A stretch of DNA of 64,000 bases, from assembly GCA_964016885.1 (NCBI GenBank), contig OZ024745.1:1612001-1676000 (forward strand), given 5' to 3'. Below are positions 30,901-47,480 of the stretch, one piece after another. Made by a program: the position numbers and the translations under genes. Source of the stretch: Eledone cirrhosa (lineage: Eukaryota). The notes under the pieces were generated by a model. The model ran no database searches. It had not been told where the DNA came from and saw nothing but the letters and a program-made list of their open reading frames with translations. Each line of letters starts with the position of its first letter. Position 1 is the stretch's first letter.

Positions 30901-33900
30901 CTCTTGAAACAACACTATGACTACATCACATTAACTCTTAACATCCTGTACCACATGAAACCACATTAGCAAGACACTCTTGAAACAACACTATGGCTGC
31001 ATCACATTAACTCTTAACATCCTGTACCACATGAAACCACATTAGCAAGACATTCTTGAAACAACACTATGGCTGCATCACATTAACTCTTAACATCCTG
31101 TACCACATGAAACCACACTAGCAAGACACTCTTGAAACAACACTATGGCTGCATCACATTAACTCTTAACATCCTGTACCACATGAAACCACATTAGCAA
31201 GACATTCTTGAAACAACACTATGGCTGCATCACATTAACTCTTAACATCCTGTACCACATGAAACCACACTAGCAAGACACTCTTGAAACAACACTATGG
31301 CTGCATCACATTAACTCTTAACATCCAGTACCACATGAAACCACATTAGCAAGACATTCTTGAAACAACACTATGACTACATCACATTAACTCTTAACAT
31401 CCTGTACCACATGAAACCACATTAGCAAGACATTCTTGAAACAACACTATGGCTGCATCACATTAACTCTTAACATCCAGTACCACATGAAACCACATTA
31501 GCAAGACATTCTTGAAACAACACTATGGCTACATCACATTAACTCTTAACATCCTGTACCACATGAAACCACATTAGCAAGACATTCTTGAAATAACACT
31601 ATGGCTGCATCACATTAACTCTTAACATCCTGTACCACATGAAACCACATTAGCAAGACACTCTTGAAACAACACTATGGCTGCATCACATTAACTCTTA
31701 ACATCCTGTACCACATGAAACCACATTAGCAAGACACTCTTGAAACAACACTATGGCTGCATCACATTAACTCTTAACATCCTGTACCACATGAAACCAC
31801 ATTAGCAAGACATTCTTGAAATAACACTATGGCTGCATCACATTAACTCTTAACATCCTGTACCACATGAAACCACATTAGCAAGACATTCTTGAAACAA
31901 CACTATGGCTGCATCACATTAACTCTTAACATCCAGTACCACATGAAACCACATTAGCAAGACATTCTTGAAATAACACTATGGCTGCATCACATTAACT
32001 CTTAACATCCTGTACCACATGAAACCACATTAGCAAGACATTCTTGAAACAACACTATGGCTGCATCACATTAACTCTTAACATCCAGTACCACATGAAA
32101 CCACATTAGCAAGACACTCTTGAAACAACACTATGGCTGCATCACATTAACTCTTAACATCCTGTACCACATGAAACCACACTAGCAAGACATTCTTGAA
32201 ACAACACTATGACTACATCACATTAACTCTTAACATCCTGTACCACATGAAACCACATTAGCAAGACACTCTTGAAACAACACTATGGCTGCATCACATT
32301 AACTCTTAACATCCTGTACCACATGAAACCACATTAGCAAGACACTCTTGAAACAACACTATGGCTGCATCACATTAACTCTTAACATCCTGTACCACAT
32401 GAAACCACATTAGCAAGACACTCTTGAAACAACACTATGGCTGCATCACATTAACTCTTAACATCCTGTACCACATGAAACCACATTAGCAAGACACTCT
32501 TGAAACAACACTATGGCTGCATCACATTAACTCTTAACATCCTGTACCACATGAAACCACATTAGCAAGACACTCTTGAAACAACACTATGGCTGCATCA
32601 CATTAACTCTTAACATCCTGTACCACATGAAACCACATTAGCAAGACACTCTTGAAACAACACTATGGCTGCATCACATTAACTCTTAACATCCTGTACC
32701 ACATGAAACCACACTAGCAAGACATTCTTGAAACAACACTATGGCTGCATCACATTAACTCTTAACATCCTGTACCACATGAAACCACACTAGCAAGACA
32801 TTCTTGAAACAACACTATGGCTGCATCACATTAACTCTTAACATCCTGTACCACATGAAACCACACTAGCAAGACATTCTTGAAACAACACTATGGCTGC
32901 ATCACATTAACTCTTAACATCCTGTACCACATGAAACCACATTAGCAAGACACTCTTGAAACAACACTATGGCTGCATCACATTAACTCTTAACATCCTG
33001 TACCACATGAAACCACACTAGCAAGACATTCTTGAAACAACACTATGACTACATCACATTAACTCTTAACATCCTGTACCACATGAAACCACATTAGCAA
33101 GACACTCTTGAAACAACACTATGGCTGCATCACATTAACTCTTAACATCCTGTACCACATGAAACCACACTAGCAAGACATTCTTGAAACAACACTATGG
33201 CTGCATCACATTAACTCTTAACATCCTGTACCACATGAAACCACATTAGCAAGACACTCTTGAAACAACACTATGGCTGCATCACATTAACTCTTAACAT
33301 CCTGTACCACATGAAACCACATTAGCAAGACATTCTTGAAACAACACTATGACTACATCACATTAACTCTTAACATCCTGTACCACATGAAACCACATTA
33401 GCAAGACATTCTTGAAACAACACTATGACTACATCACATTAACTCTTAACATCCTGTACCACATGAAACCACATTAGCAAGACACTCTTGAAACAACACT
33501 ATGGCTGCATCACATTAACTCTTAACATCCTGTACCACATGAAACCACATTAGCAAGACATTCTTGAAACAACACTATGACTACATCACATTAACTCTTA
33601 ACATCCTGTACCACATGAAACCACATTAGCAAGACATTCTTGAAATAACACTATGACTACATCACATTAACTCTTAACATCCTGTACCACATGAAACCAC
33701 ATTAGCAAGACACTCTTGAAACAACACTATGGCTGCATCACATTAACTCTTAACATCCTGTACCACATGAAACCACACTAGCAAGACACTCTTGAAACAA
33801 CACTATGACTACATCACATTAACTCTTAACATCCTGTACCACATGAAACCACATTAGCAAGACACTCTTGAAACAACACTATGGCTGCATCACATTAACT

Positions 33901-36900
33901 CTTAACATCCTGTACCACATGAAACCACACTAGCAAGACACTCTTGAAACAACACTATGACTACATCACATTAACTCTTAACATCCTGTACCACATGAAA
34001 CCACATTAGCAAGACACTCTTGAAACAACACTATGGCTGCATCACATTAACTCTTAACATCCTGTACCACATGAAACCACATTAGCAAGACATTCTTGAA
34101 ACAACACTATGACTACATCACATTAACTCTTAACATCCTGTACCACATGAAACCACATTAGCAAGACACTCTTGAAACAACACTATGGCTGCATCACATT
34201 AACTCTTAACATCCTGTACCACATGAAACCACATTAGCAAGACATTCTTGAAACAACACTATGACTACATCACATTAACTCTTAACATCCTGTACCACAT
34301 GAAACCACATTAGCAAGACACTCTTGAAACAACACTATGGCTGCATCACATTAACTCTTAACATCCTGTACCACATGAAACCACATTAGCAAGACATTCT
34401 TGAAACAACACTATGACTACATCACATTAACTCTTAACATCCTGTACCACATGAAACCACATTAGCAAGACACTCTTGAAACAACACTATGGCTGCATCA
34501 CATTAACTCTTAACATCCTGTACCACATGAAACCACATTAGCAAGACACTCTTGAAACAACACTATGACTACATCACATTAACTCTTAACATCCTGTACC
34601 ACATGAAACCACATTAGCAAGACACTCTTGAAACAACACTATGGCTGCATCACATTAACTCTTAACATCCTGTACCACATGAAACCACACTAGCAAGACA
34701 CTCTTGAAACAACACTATGACTACATCACATTAACTCTTAACATCCTGTACCACATGAAACCACATTAGCAAGACATTCTTGAAACAACACTATGACTAC
34801 ATCACATTAACTCTTAACATCCTGTACCCCATGAAACCACATTAGCAAGACACTCTTGAAACAACACTATGGCTGCATCACATTAACTCTTAACATCCTG
34901 TACCACATGAAACCACATTAGCAAGACACTCTTGAAACAACACTATGGCTGCATCACATTAACTCTTAACATCCTGTACCACATGAAACCACATTAGCAA
35001 GACACTCTTGAAACAACACTATGACTACATCACATTAACTCTTAACATCCTGTACCACATGAAACCACATTAGCAAGACATTCTTGAAACAACACTATGA
35101 CTACATCACATTAACTCTTAACATCCTGTACCACATGAAACCACACTAGCAAGACATTCTTGAAACAACACTATGGCTGCATCACATTAACTCTTAACAT
35201 CCTGTACCACATGAAACCACACTAGCAAGACACTCTTGAAACAACACTATGACTACATCACATTAACTCTTAACATCCTGTACCACATGAAACCACATTA
35301 GCAAGACATTCTTGAAACAACACTATGACTGCATCACATTAACTCTTAACATCCTGTACCACATGAAACCACATTAGCAAGACACTCTTGAAACAACACT
35401 ATGACTGCATCACATTAACTCTTAACATCCAGTACCACATGAAACCACATTAGCAAGACATTCTTGAAACAACACTATGGCTGCATCACATTAACTCTTA
35501 ACATCCTGTACCACATGAAACCACACTAGCAAGACATTCTTGAAACAACACTATGGCTGCATCACATTAACTCTTAACATCCTGTACCACATGAAACCAC
35601 ACTAGCAAGACATTCTTGAAACAACACTATGGCTGCATCACATTAACTCTTAACATCCTGTACCACATGAAACCACATTAGCAAGACATTCTTGAAACAA
35701 CACTATGACTACATCACATTAACTCTTAACATCCTGTACCACATGAAACCACATTAGCAAGACATTCTTGAAACAACACTATGACTACATCACATTAACT
35801 CTTAACATCCTGTACCACATGAAACCACACTAGCAAGACATTCTTGAAACAACACTATGGCTGCATCACATTAACTCTTAACATCCTGTACCACATGAAA
35901 CCACACTAGCAAGACACTCTTGAAACAACACTATGACTACATCACATTAACTCTTAACATCCTGTACCACATGAAACCACATTAGCAAGACACTCTTGAA
36001 ACAACACTATGGCTGCATCACATTAACTCTTAACATCCTGTACCACATGAAACCACATTAGCAAGACATTCTTGAAACAACACTATGGCTGCATCACATT
36101 AACTCTTAACATCCTGTACCACATGAAACCACACTAGCAAGACACTCTTGAAACAACACTATGGCTGCATCACATTAACTCTTAACATCCTGTACCACAT
36201 GAAACCACATTAGCAAGACATTCTTGAAACAACACTATGGCTGCATCACATTAACTCTTAACATCCTGTACCACATGAAACCACACTAGCAAGACACTCT
36301 TGAAACAACACTATGACTACATCACATTAACTCTTAACATCCTGTACCACATGAAACCACATTAGCAAGACACTCTTGAAACAACACTATGGCTGCATCA
36401 CATTAACTCTTAACATCCTGTACCACATGAAACCACATTAGCAAGACATTCTTGAAACAACACTATGGCTGCATCACATTAACTCTTAACATCCTGTACC
36501 ACATGAAACCACACTAGCAAGACACTCTTGAAACAACACTATGACTACATCACATTAACTCTTAACATCCTGTACCACATGAAACCACATTAGCAAGACA
36601 CTCTTGAAACAACACTATGGCTGCATCACATTAACTCTTAACATCCTGTACCACATGAAACCACATTAGCAAGACATTCTTGAAACAACACTATGGCTGC
36701 ATCACATTAACTCTTAACATCCTGTACCACATGAAACCACACTAGCAAGACACTCTTGAAACAACACTATGGCTGCATCACATTAACTCTTAACATCCTG
36801 TACCACATGAAACCACATTAGCAAGACATTCTTGAAACAACACTATGGCTGCATCACATTAACTCTTAACATCCTGTACCACATGAAACCACACTAGCAA

Positions 36901-39900
36901 GACACTCTTGAAACAACACTATGGCTGCATCACATTAACTCTTAACATCCAGTACCACATGAAACCACATTAGCAAGACATTCTTGAAACAACACTATGA
37001 CTACATCACATTAACTCTTAACATCCTGTACCACATGAAACCACATTAGCAAGACATTCTTGAAACAACACTATGGCTGCATCACATTAACTCTTAACAT
37101 CCAGTACCACATGAAACCACATTAGCAAGACATTCTTGAAACAACACTATGGCTACATCACATTAACTCTTAACATCCTGTACCACATGAAACCACATTA
37201 GCAAGACATTCTTGAAATAACACTATGGCTGCATCACATTAACTCTTAACATCCTGTACCACATGAAACCACATTAGCAAGACACTCTTGAAACAACACT
37301 ATGGCTGCATCACATTAACTCTTAACATCCTGTACCACATGAAACCACATTAGCAAGACACTCTTGAAACAACACTATGGCTGCATCACATTAACTCTTA
37401 ACATCCTGTACCACATGAAACCACATTAGCAAGACATTCTTGAAATAACACTATGGCTGCATCACATTAACTCTTAACATCCTGTACCACATGAAACCAC
37501 ATTAGCAAGACATTCTTGAAACAACACTATGGCTGCATCACATTAACTCTTAACATCCAGTACCACATGAAACCACATTAGCAAGACATTCTTGAAATAA
37601 CACTATGGCTGCATCACATTAACTCTTAACATCCTGTACCACATGAAACCACATTAGCAAGACATTCTTGAAACAACACTATGGCTGCATCACATTAACT
37701 CTTAACATCCAGTACCACATGAAACCACATTAGCAAGACACTCTTGAAACAACACTATGGCTGCATCACATTAACTCTTAACATCCTGTACCACATGAAA
37801 CCACACTAGCAAGACATTCTTGAAACAACACTATGACTACATCACATTAACTCTTAACATCCTGTACCACATGAAACCACATTAGCAAGACACTCTTGAA
37901 ACAACACTATGGCTGCATCACATTAACTCTTAACATCCTGTACCACATGAAACCACATTAGCAAGACACTCTTGAAACAACACTATGGCTGCATCACATT
38001 AACTCTTAACATCCTGTACCACATGAAACCACATTAGCAAGACACTCTTGAAACAACACTATGGCTGCATCACATTAACTCTTAACATCCTGTACCACAT
38101 GAAACCACACTAGCAAGACATTCTTGAAACAACACTATGGCTGCATCACATTAACTCTTAACATCCTGTACCACATGAAACCACACTAGCAAGACATTCT
38201 TGAAACAACACTATGGCTGCATCACATTAACTCTTAACATCCTGTACCACATGAAACCACATTAGCAAGACACTCTTGAAACAACACTATGGCTGCATCA
38301 CATTAACTCTTAACATCCTGTACCACATGAAACCACACTAGCAAGACATTCTTGAAACAACACTATGACTACATCACATTAACTCTTAACATCCTGTACC
38401 ACATGAAACCACATTAGCAAGACACTCTTGAAACAACACTATGGCTGCATCACATTAACTCTTAACATCCTGTACCACATGAAACCACACTAGCAAGACA
38501 TTCTTGAAACAACACTATGGCTGCATCACATTAACTCTTAACATCCTGTACCACATGAAACCACATTAGCAAGACACTCTTGAAACAACACTATGGCTGC
38601 ATCACATTAACTCTTAACATCCTGTACCACATGAAACCACATTAGCAAGACATTCTTGAAACAACACTATGACTACATCACATTAACTCTTAACATCCTG
38701 TACCACATGAAACCACATTAGCAAGACATTCTTGAAACAACACTATGACTACATCACATTAACTCTTAACATCCTGTACCACATGAAACCACATTAGCAA
38801 GACACTCTTGAAACAACACTATGGCTGCATCACATTAACTCTTAACATCCTGTACCACATGAAACCACATTAGCAAGACATTCTTGAAACAACACTATGA
38901 CTACATCACATTAACTCTTAACATCCTGTACCACATGAAACCACATTAGCAAGACATTCTTGAAATAACACTATGACTACATCACATTAACTCTTAACAT
39001 CCTGTACCACATGAAACCACATTAGCAAGACACTCTTGAAACAACACTATGGCTGCATCACATTAACTCTTAACATCCTGTACCACATGAAACCACACTA
39101 GCAAGACACTCTTGAAACAACACTATGACTACATCACATTAACTCTTAACATCCTGTACCACATGAAACCACATTAGCAAGACACTCTTGAAACAACACT
39201 ATGGCTGCATCACATTAACTCTTAACATCCTGTACCACATGAAACCACACTAGCAAGACACTCTTGAAACAACACTATGACTACATCACATTAACTCTTA
39301 ACATCCTGTACCACATGAAACCACATTAGCAAGACACTCTTGAAACAACACTATGGCTGCATCACATTAACTCTTAACATCCTGTACCACATGAAACCAC
39401 ATTAGCAAGACATTCTTGAAACAACACTATGACTACATCACATTAACTCTTAACATCCTGTACCACATGAAACCACATTAGCAAGACACTCTTGAAACAA
39501 CACTATGGCTGCATCACATTAACTCTTAACATCCTGTACCACATGAAACCACATTAGCAAGACATTCTTGAAACAACACTATGACTACATCACATTAACT
39601 CTTAACATCCTGTACCACATGAAACCACATTAGCAAGACACTCTTGAAACAACACTATGGCTGCATCACATTAACTCTTAACATCCTGTACCACATGAAA
39701 CCACATTAGCAAGACATTCTTGAAACAACACTATGACTACATCACATTAACTCTTAACATCCTGTACCACATGAAACCACATTAGCAAGACACTCTTGAA
39801 ACAACACTATGGCTGCATCACATTAACTCTTAACATCCTGTACCACATGAAACCACATTAGCAAGACACTCTTGAAACAACACTATGACTACATCACATT

Positions 39901-42900
39901 AACTCTTAACATCCTGTACCACATGAAACCACATTAGCAAGACACTCTTGAAACAACACTATGGCTGCATCACATTAACTCTTAACATCCTGTACCACAT
40001 GAAACCACACTAGCAAGACACTCTTGAAACAACACTATGACTACATCACATTAACTCTTAACATCCTGTACCACATGAAACCACATTAGCAAGACATTCT
40101 TGAAACAACACTATGACTACATCACATTAACTCTTAACATCCTGTACCCCATGAAACCACATTAGCAAGACACTCTTGAAACAACACTATGGCTGCATCA
40201 CATTAACTCTTAACATCCTGTACCACATGAAACCACATTAGCAAGACACTCTTGAAACAACACTATGGCTGCATCACATTAACTCTTAACATCCTGTACC
40301 ACATGAAACCACACTAGCAAGACACTCTTGAAACAACACTATGACTACATCACATTAACTCTTAACATCCTGTACCACATGAAACCACATTAGCAAGACA
40401 CTCTTGAAACAACACTATGGCTGCATCACATTAACTCTTAACATCCTGTACCACATGAAACCACATTAGCAAGACATTCTTGAAACAACACTATGACTAC
40501 ATCACATTAACTCTTAACATCCTGTACCACATGAAACCACATTAGCAAGACACTCTTGAAACAACACTATGGCTGCATCACATTAACTCTTAACATCCTG
40601 TACCACATGAAACCACATTAGCAAGACATTCTTGAAACAACACTATGACTACATCACATTAACTCTTAACATCCTGTACCACATGAAACCACACTAGCAA
40701 GACATTCTTGAAACAACACTATGGCTGCATCACATTAACTCTTAACATCCTGTACCACATGAAACCACACTAGCAAGACATTCTTGAAACAACACTATGG
40801 CTGCATCACATTAACTCTTAACATCCTGTACCACATGAAACCACATTAGCAAGACACTCTTGAAACAACACTATGGCTGCATCACATTAACTCTTAACAT
40901 CCTGTACCACATGAAACCACATTAGCAAGACACTCTTGAAACAACACTATGGCTGCATCACATTAACTCTTAACATCCTGTAGCACATGAAACCACATTA
41001 GCAAGACACTCTTGAAACAACACTATGGCTGCATCACATTAACTCTTAACATCCTGTACCACATGAAACCACATTAGCAAGACACTCTTGAAACAACACT
41101 ATGGCTGCATCACATTAACTCTTAACATCCTGTACCACATGAAACCACATTAGCAAGACACTCTTGAAACAACACTATGGCTGCATCACATTAACTCTTA
41201 ACATCCTGTACCACATGAAACCACATTAGCAAGACACTCTTGAAACAACACTATGGCTGCATCACATTAACTCTTAACATCCTGTACCACATGAAACCAC
41301 ATTAGCAAGACACTCTTGAAACAACACTATGGCTGCATCACATTAACTCTTAACATCCTGTACCACATGAAACCACACTAGCAAGACATTCTTGAAACAA
41401 CACTATGGCTGCATCACATTAACTCTTAACATCCTGTAGCACATGAAACCACATTAGCAAGACACTCTTGAAACAACACTATGGCTGCATCACATTAACT
41501 CTTAACATCCTGTACCACATGAAACCACATTAGCAAGACACTCTTGAAACAACACTATGGCTGCATCACATTAACTCTTAACATCCTGTACCACATGAAA
41601 CCACATTAGCAAGACACTCTTGAAACAACACTATGGCTGCATCACATTAACTCTTAACATCCTGTACCACATGAAACCACACTAGCAAGACATTCTTGAA
41701 ACAACACTATGGCTGCATCACATTAACTCTTAACATCCTGTACCACATGAAACCACATTAGCAAGACACTCTTGAAACAACACTATGGCTGCATCACATT
41801 AACTCTTAACATCCTGTACCACATGAAACCACACTAGCAAGACATTCTTGAAACAACACTATGACTACATCACATTAACTCTTAACATCCTGTACCACAT
41901 GAAACCACATTAGCAAGACACTCTTGAAACAACACTATGGCTGCATCACATTAACTCTTAACATCCTGTACCACATGAAACCACACTAGCAAGACATTCT
42001 TGAAACAACACTATGGCTGCATCACATTAACTCTTAACATCCTGTACCACATGAAACCACATTAGCAAGACACTCTTGAAACAACACTATGGCTGCATCA
42101 CATTAACTCTTAACATCCTGTACCACATGAAACCACATTAGCAAGACATTCTTGAAACAACACTATGACTACATCACATTAACTCTTAACATCCTGTACC
42201 ACATGAAACCACATTAGCAAGACATTCTTGAAACAACACTATGACTACATCACATTAACTCTTAACATCCTGTACCACATGAAACCACATTAGCAAGACA
42301 CTCTTGAAACAACACTATGGCTGCATCACATTAACTCTTAACATCCTGTACCACATGAAACCACATTAGCAAGACATTCTTGAAACAACACTATGACTAC
42401 ATCACATTAACTCTTAACATCCTGTACCACATGAAACCACATTAGCAAGACATTCTTGAAATAACACTATGACTACATCACATTAACTCTTAACATCCTG
42501 TACCACATGAAACCACATTAGCAAGACACTCTTGAAACAACACTATGGCTGCATCACATTAACTCTTAACATCCTGTACCACATGAAACCACACTAGCAA
42601 GACACTCTTGAAACAACACTATGACTACATCACATTAACTCTTAACATCCTGTACCACATGAAACCACATTAGCAAGACACTCTTGAAACAACACTATGG
42701 CTGCATCACATTAACTCTTAACATCCTGTACCACATGAAACCACACTAGCAAGACACTCTTGAAACAACACTATGACTACATCACATTAACTCTTAACAT
42801 CCTGTACCACATGAAACCACATTAGCAAGACACTCTTGAAACAACACTATGGCTGCATCACATTAACTCTTAACATCCTGTACCACATGAAACCACATTA

Positions 42901-45900
42901 GCAAGACATTCTTGAAACAACACTATGACTACATCACATTAACTCTTAACATCCTGTACCACATGAAACCACATTAGCAAGACACTCTTGAAACAACACT
43001 ATGGCTGCATCACATTAACTCTTAACATCCTGTACCACATGAAACCACATTAGCAAGACACTCTTGAAACAACACTATGACTACATCACATTAACTCTTA
43101 ACATCCTGTACCACATGAAACCACATTAGCAAGACACTCTTGAAACAACACTATGGCTGCATCACATTAACTCTTAACATCCTGTACCACATGAAACCAC
43201 ACTAGCAAGACACTCTTGAAACAACACTATGACTACATCACATTAACTCTTAACATCCTGTACCACATGAAACCACATTAGCAAGACATTCTTGAAACAA
43301 CACTATGACTACATCACATTAACTCTTAACATCCTGTACCACATGAAACCACATTAGCAAGACACTCTTGAAACAACACTATGGCTGCATCACATTAACT
43401 CTTAACATCCTGTACCACATGAAACCACATTAGCAAGACACTCTTGAAACAACACTATGGCTGCATCACATTAACTCTTAACATCCTGTACCACATGAAA
43501 CCACACTAGCAAGACACTCTTGAAACAACACTATGACTACATCACATTAACTCTTAACATCCTGTACCACATGAAACCACATTAGCAAGACACTCTTGAA
43601 ACAACACTATGGCTGCATCACATTAACTCTTAACATCCTGTACCACATGAAACCACATTAGCAAGACATTCTTGAAACAACACTATGACTACATCACATT
43701 AACTCTTAACATCCTGTACCACATGAAACCACATTAGCAAGACACTCTTGAAACAACACTATGGCTGCATCACATTAACTCTTAACATCCTGTACCACAT
43801 GAAACCACATTAGCAAGACATTCTTGAAACAACACTATGACTACATCACATTAACTCTTAACATCCTGTACCACATGAAACCACACTAGCAAGACATTCT
43901 TGAAACAACACTATGGCTGCATCACATTAACTCTTAACATCCTGTATCACATGAAACCACACTAGCAAGACATTCTTGAAACAACACTATGGCTGCATCA
44001 CATTAACTCTTAACATCCTGTACCACATGAAACCACATTAGCAAGACACTCTTGAAACAACACTATGGCTGCATCACATTAACTCTTAACATCCTGTACC
44101 ACATGAAACCACATTAGCAAGACACTCTTGAAACAACACTATGGCTGCATCACATTAACTCTTAACATCCTGTAGCACATGAAACCACATTAGCAAGACA
44201 CTCTTGAAACAACACTATGGCTGCATCACATTAACTCTTAACATCCTGTACCACATGAAACCACATTAGCAAGACACTCTTGAAACAACACTATGGCTGC
44301 ATCACATTAACTCTTAACATCCTGTACCACATGAAACCACATTAGCAAGACACTCTTGAAACAACACTATGGCTGCATCACATTAACTCTTAACATCCTG
44401 TACCACATGAAACCACATTAGCAAGACACTCTTGAAACAACACTATGGCTGCATCACATTAACTCTTAACATCCTGTACCACATGAAACCACATTAGCAA
44501 GACACTCTTGAAACAACACTATGGCTGCATCACATTAACTCTTAACATCCTGTACCACATGAAACCACACTAGCAAGACATTCTTGAAACAACACTATGG
44601 CTGCATCACATTAACTCTTAACATCCTGTAGCACATGAAACCACATTAGCAAGACACTCTTGAAACAACACTATGGCTGCATCACATTAACTCTTAACAT
44701 CCTGTACCACATGAAACCACATTAGCAAGACACTCTTGAAACAACACTATGGCTGCATCACATTAACTCTTAACATCCTGTACCACATGAAACCACATTA
44801 GCAAGACACTCTTGAAACAACACTATGGCTGCATCACATTAACTCTTAACATCCTGTACCACATGAAACCACACTAGCAAGACATTCTTGAAACAACACT
44901 ATGGCTGCATCACATTAACTCTTAACATCCTGTAGCACATGAAACCACATTAGCAAGACACTCTTGAAACAACACTATGGCTGCATCACATTAACTCTTA
45001 ACATCCTGTACCACATGAAACCACATTAGCAAGACACTCTTGAAACAACACTATGGCTGCATCACATTAACTCTTAACATCCTGTACCACATGAAACCAC
45101 ATTAGCAAGACACTCTTGAAACAACACTATGGCTGCATCACATTAACTCTTAACATCCTGTACCACATGAAACCACATTAGCAAGACACTCTTGAAACAA
45201 CACTATGGCTGCATCACATTAACTCTTAACATCCTGTACCACATGAAACCACATTAGCAAGACACTCTTGAAACAACACTATGGCTGCATCACATTAACT
45301 CTTAACATCCTGTACCACATGAAACCACACTAGCAAGACATTCTTGAAACAACACTATGGCTGCATCACATTAACTCTTAACATCCTGTAGCACATGAAA
45401 CCACATTAGCAAGACACTCTTGAAACAACACTATGGCTGCATCACATTAACTCTTAACATCCTGTACCACATGAAACCACACTAGCAAGACATTCTTGAA
45501 ACAACACTATGGCTGCATCACATTAACTCTTAACATCCTGTACCACATGAAACCACACTAGCAAGACATTCTTGAAACAACACTATGGCTGCATCACATT
45601 AACTCTTAACATCCTGTACCACATGAAACCACACTAGCAAGACACTCTTGAAACAACACTATGGCTGCATCACATTAACTCTTAACATCCTGTACCACAT
45701 GAAACCACACTAGCAAGACATTCTTGAAACAACACTATGGCTGCATCACATTAACTCTTAACATCCTGTACCACATGAAACCACACTAGCAAGACATTCT
45801 TGAAACAACACTATGGCTGCATCACATTAACTCTTAACATCCTGTACCACATGAAACCACACTAGCAAGACACTCTTGAAACAACACTATGGCTGCATCA

Positions 45901-47230
45901 CATTAACTCTTAACATCCTGTACCACATGAAACCACACTAGCAAGACATTCTTGAAACAACACTATGGCTGCATCACATTAACTCTTAACATCCTGTACC
46001 ACATGAAACCACACTAGCAAGACACTCTTGAAACAACACTATGGCTGCATCACATTAACTCTTAACATCCTGTACCACATGAAACCACACTAGCAAGACA
46101 CTCTTGAAACAACACTATGACTACATCACATTAACTCTTAACATCCAGTACCACATGAAACCACATTAGCAAGACACTCTTGAAACAACACTATGGCTGC
46201 ATCACATTAACTCTTAACATCCTGTACCACATGAAACCACACTAGCAAGACATTCTTGAAACAACACTATGGCTGCATCACATTAACTCTTAACATCCTG
46301 TACCACATGAAACCACACTAGCAAGACACTCTTGAAACAACACTATGACTACATCACATTAACTCTTAACATCCAGTACCACATGAAACCACATTAGCAA
46401 GACACTCTTGAAACAACACTATGGCTGCATCACATTAACTCTTAACATCCTGTACCACATGAAACCACACTAGCAAGACATTCTTGAAACAACACTATGG
46501 CTGCATCACATTAACTCTTAACATCCTGTACCACATGAAACCACACTAGCAAGACACTCTTGAAACAACACTATGGCTGCATCACATTAACTCTTAACAT
46601 CCTGTACCACATGAAACCACATTAGCAAGACACTCTTGAAACAACACTATGGCTGCATCACATTAACTCTTAACATCCTGTACCACATGAAACCACACTA
46701 GCAAGACACTCTTGAAACAACACTATGGCTGCATCACATTAACTCTTAACATCCTGTACCACATGAAACCACATTAGCAAGACACTCTTGAAACAACACT
46801 ATGGCTGCATCACATTAACTCTTAACATCCTGTACCACATGAAACCACATTAGCAAGACACTCTTGAAACAACACTATGGCTGCATCACATTAACTCTTA
46901 ACATCCTGTACCACATGAAACCACATTAGCAAGACATTCTTGAAACAACACTATGGCTGCATCACATTAACTCTTAACATCCTGTACCACATGAAACCAC
47001 ATTAGCAAGACACTCTTGAAACAACACTATGGCTGCATCACATTAACTCTTAACATCCTGTACCACATGAAACCACATTAGCAAGACATTCTTGAAACAA
47101 CACTATGGCTGCATCACATTAACTCTTAACATCCTGTAGCACATGAAACCACACTAGCAAGACATTCTTGAAACAACACTATGACTACATCACATTAACT
47201 CTTAACATCCTGTAGCACATGAAAGCACAT
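27993..47230. repeat. Satellite B: 76-bp tandem repeat, GAAACCACAYTAGCAAGACAYTCTTGAAACAACACTATGRCTRCATCACATTAACTCTTAACATCCTGTACCACAT, 253 full units plus a short degenerate end
   Basis: GAAACC starts at 27993; period 76 (e.g. 28981 to 29057); (47221-27993)/76=253 exactly, so no net indels. Ends in degenerate GAAAGCACAT at 47221-47230. The + strand is G-poor and the unit has no CpG. Confidence 0.99.
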
Positions 47231-47480
47231 GTCATATGTCGTTACCGTTGCTATAGTAACCAATCATATAAAGTAAGACACCTTGTAGAGTTGTACATGA
47301 TGGAATATTTACGCATATATATCTGCTCCCACTAAAAATAAAATAAAAAATTAAATAAATAATAAATACAAAATATATTTTAATTACTTCATAAAATAGA
47401 AAATATTGGAACATAATAGAACATATGAGAATGGCAGCAAATGCTGTAAGTTATGACTGTTGCAAGACTAATATTGAAAC

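Noticed and set aside
1-47230. CRISPR-like array (34-bp repeat with partial palindrome)
   Set aside because: No unique spacers and no cas genes; pure head-to-tail tandem units in a eukaryotic context.
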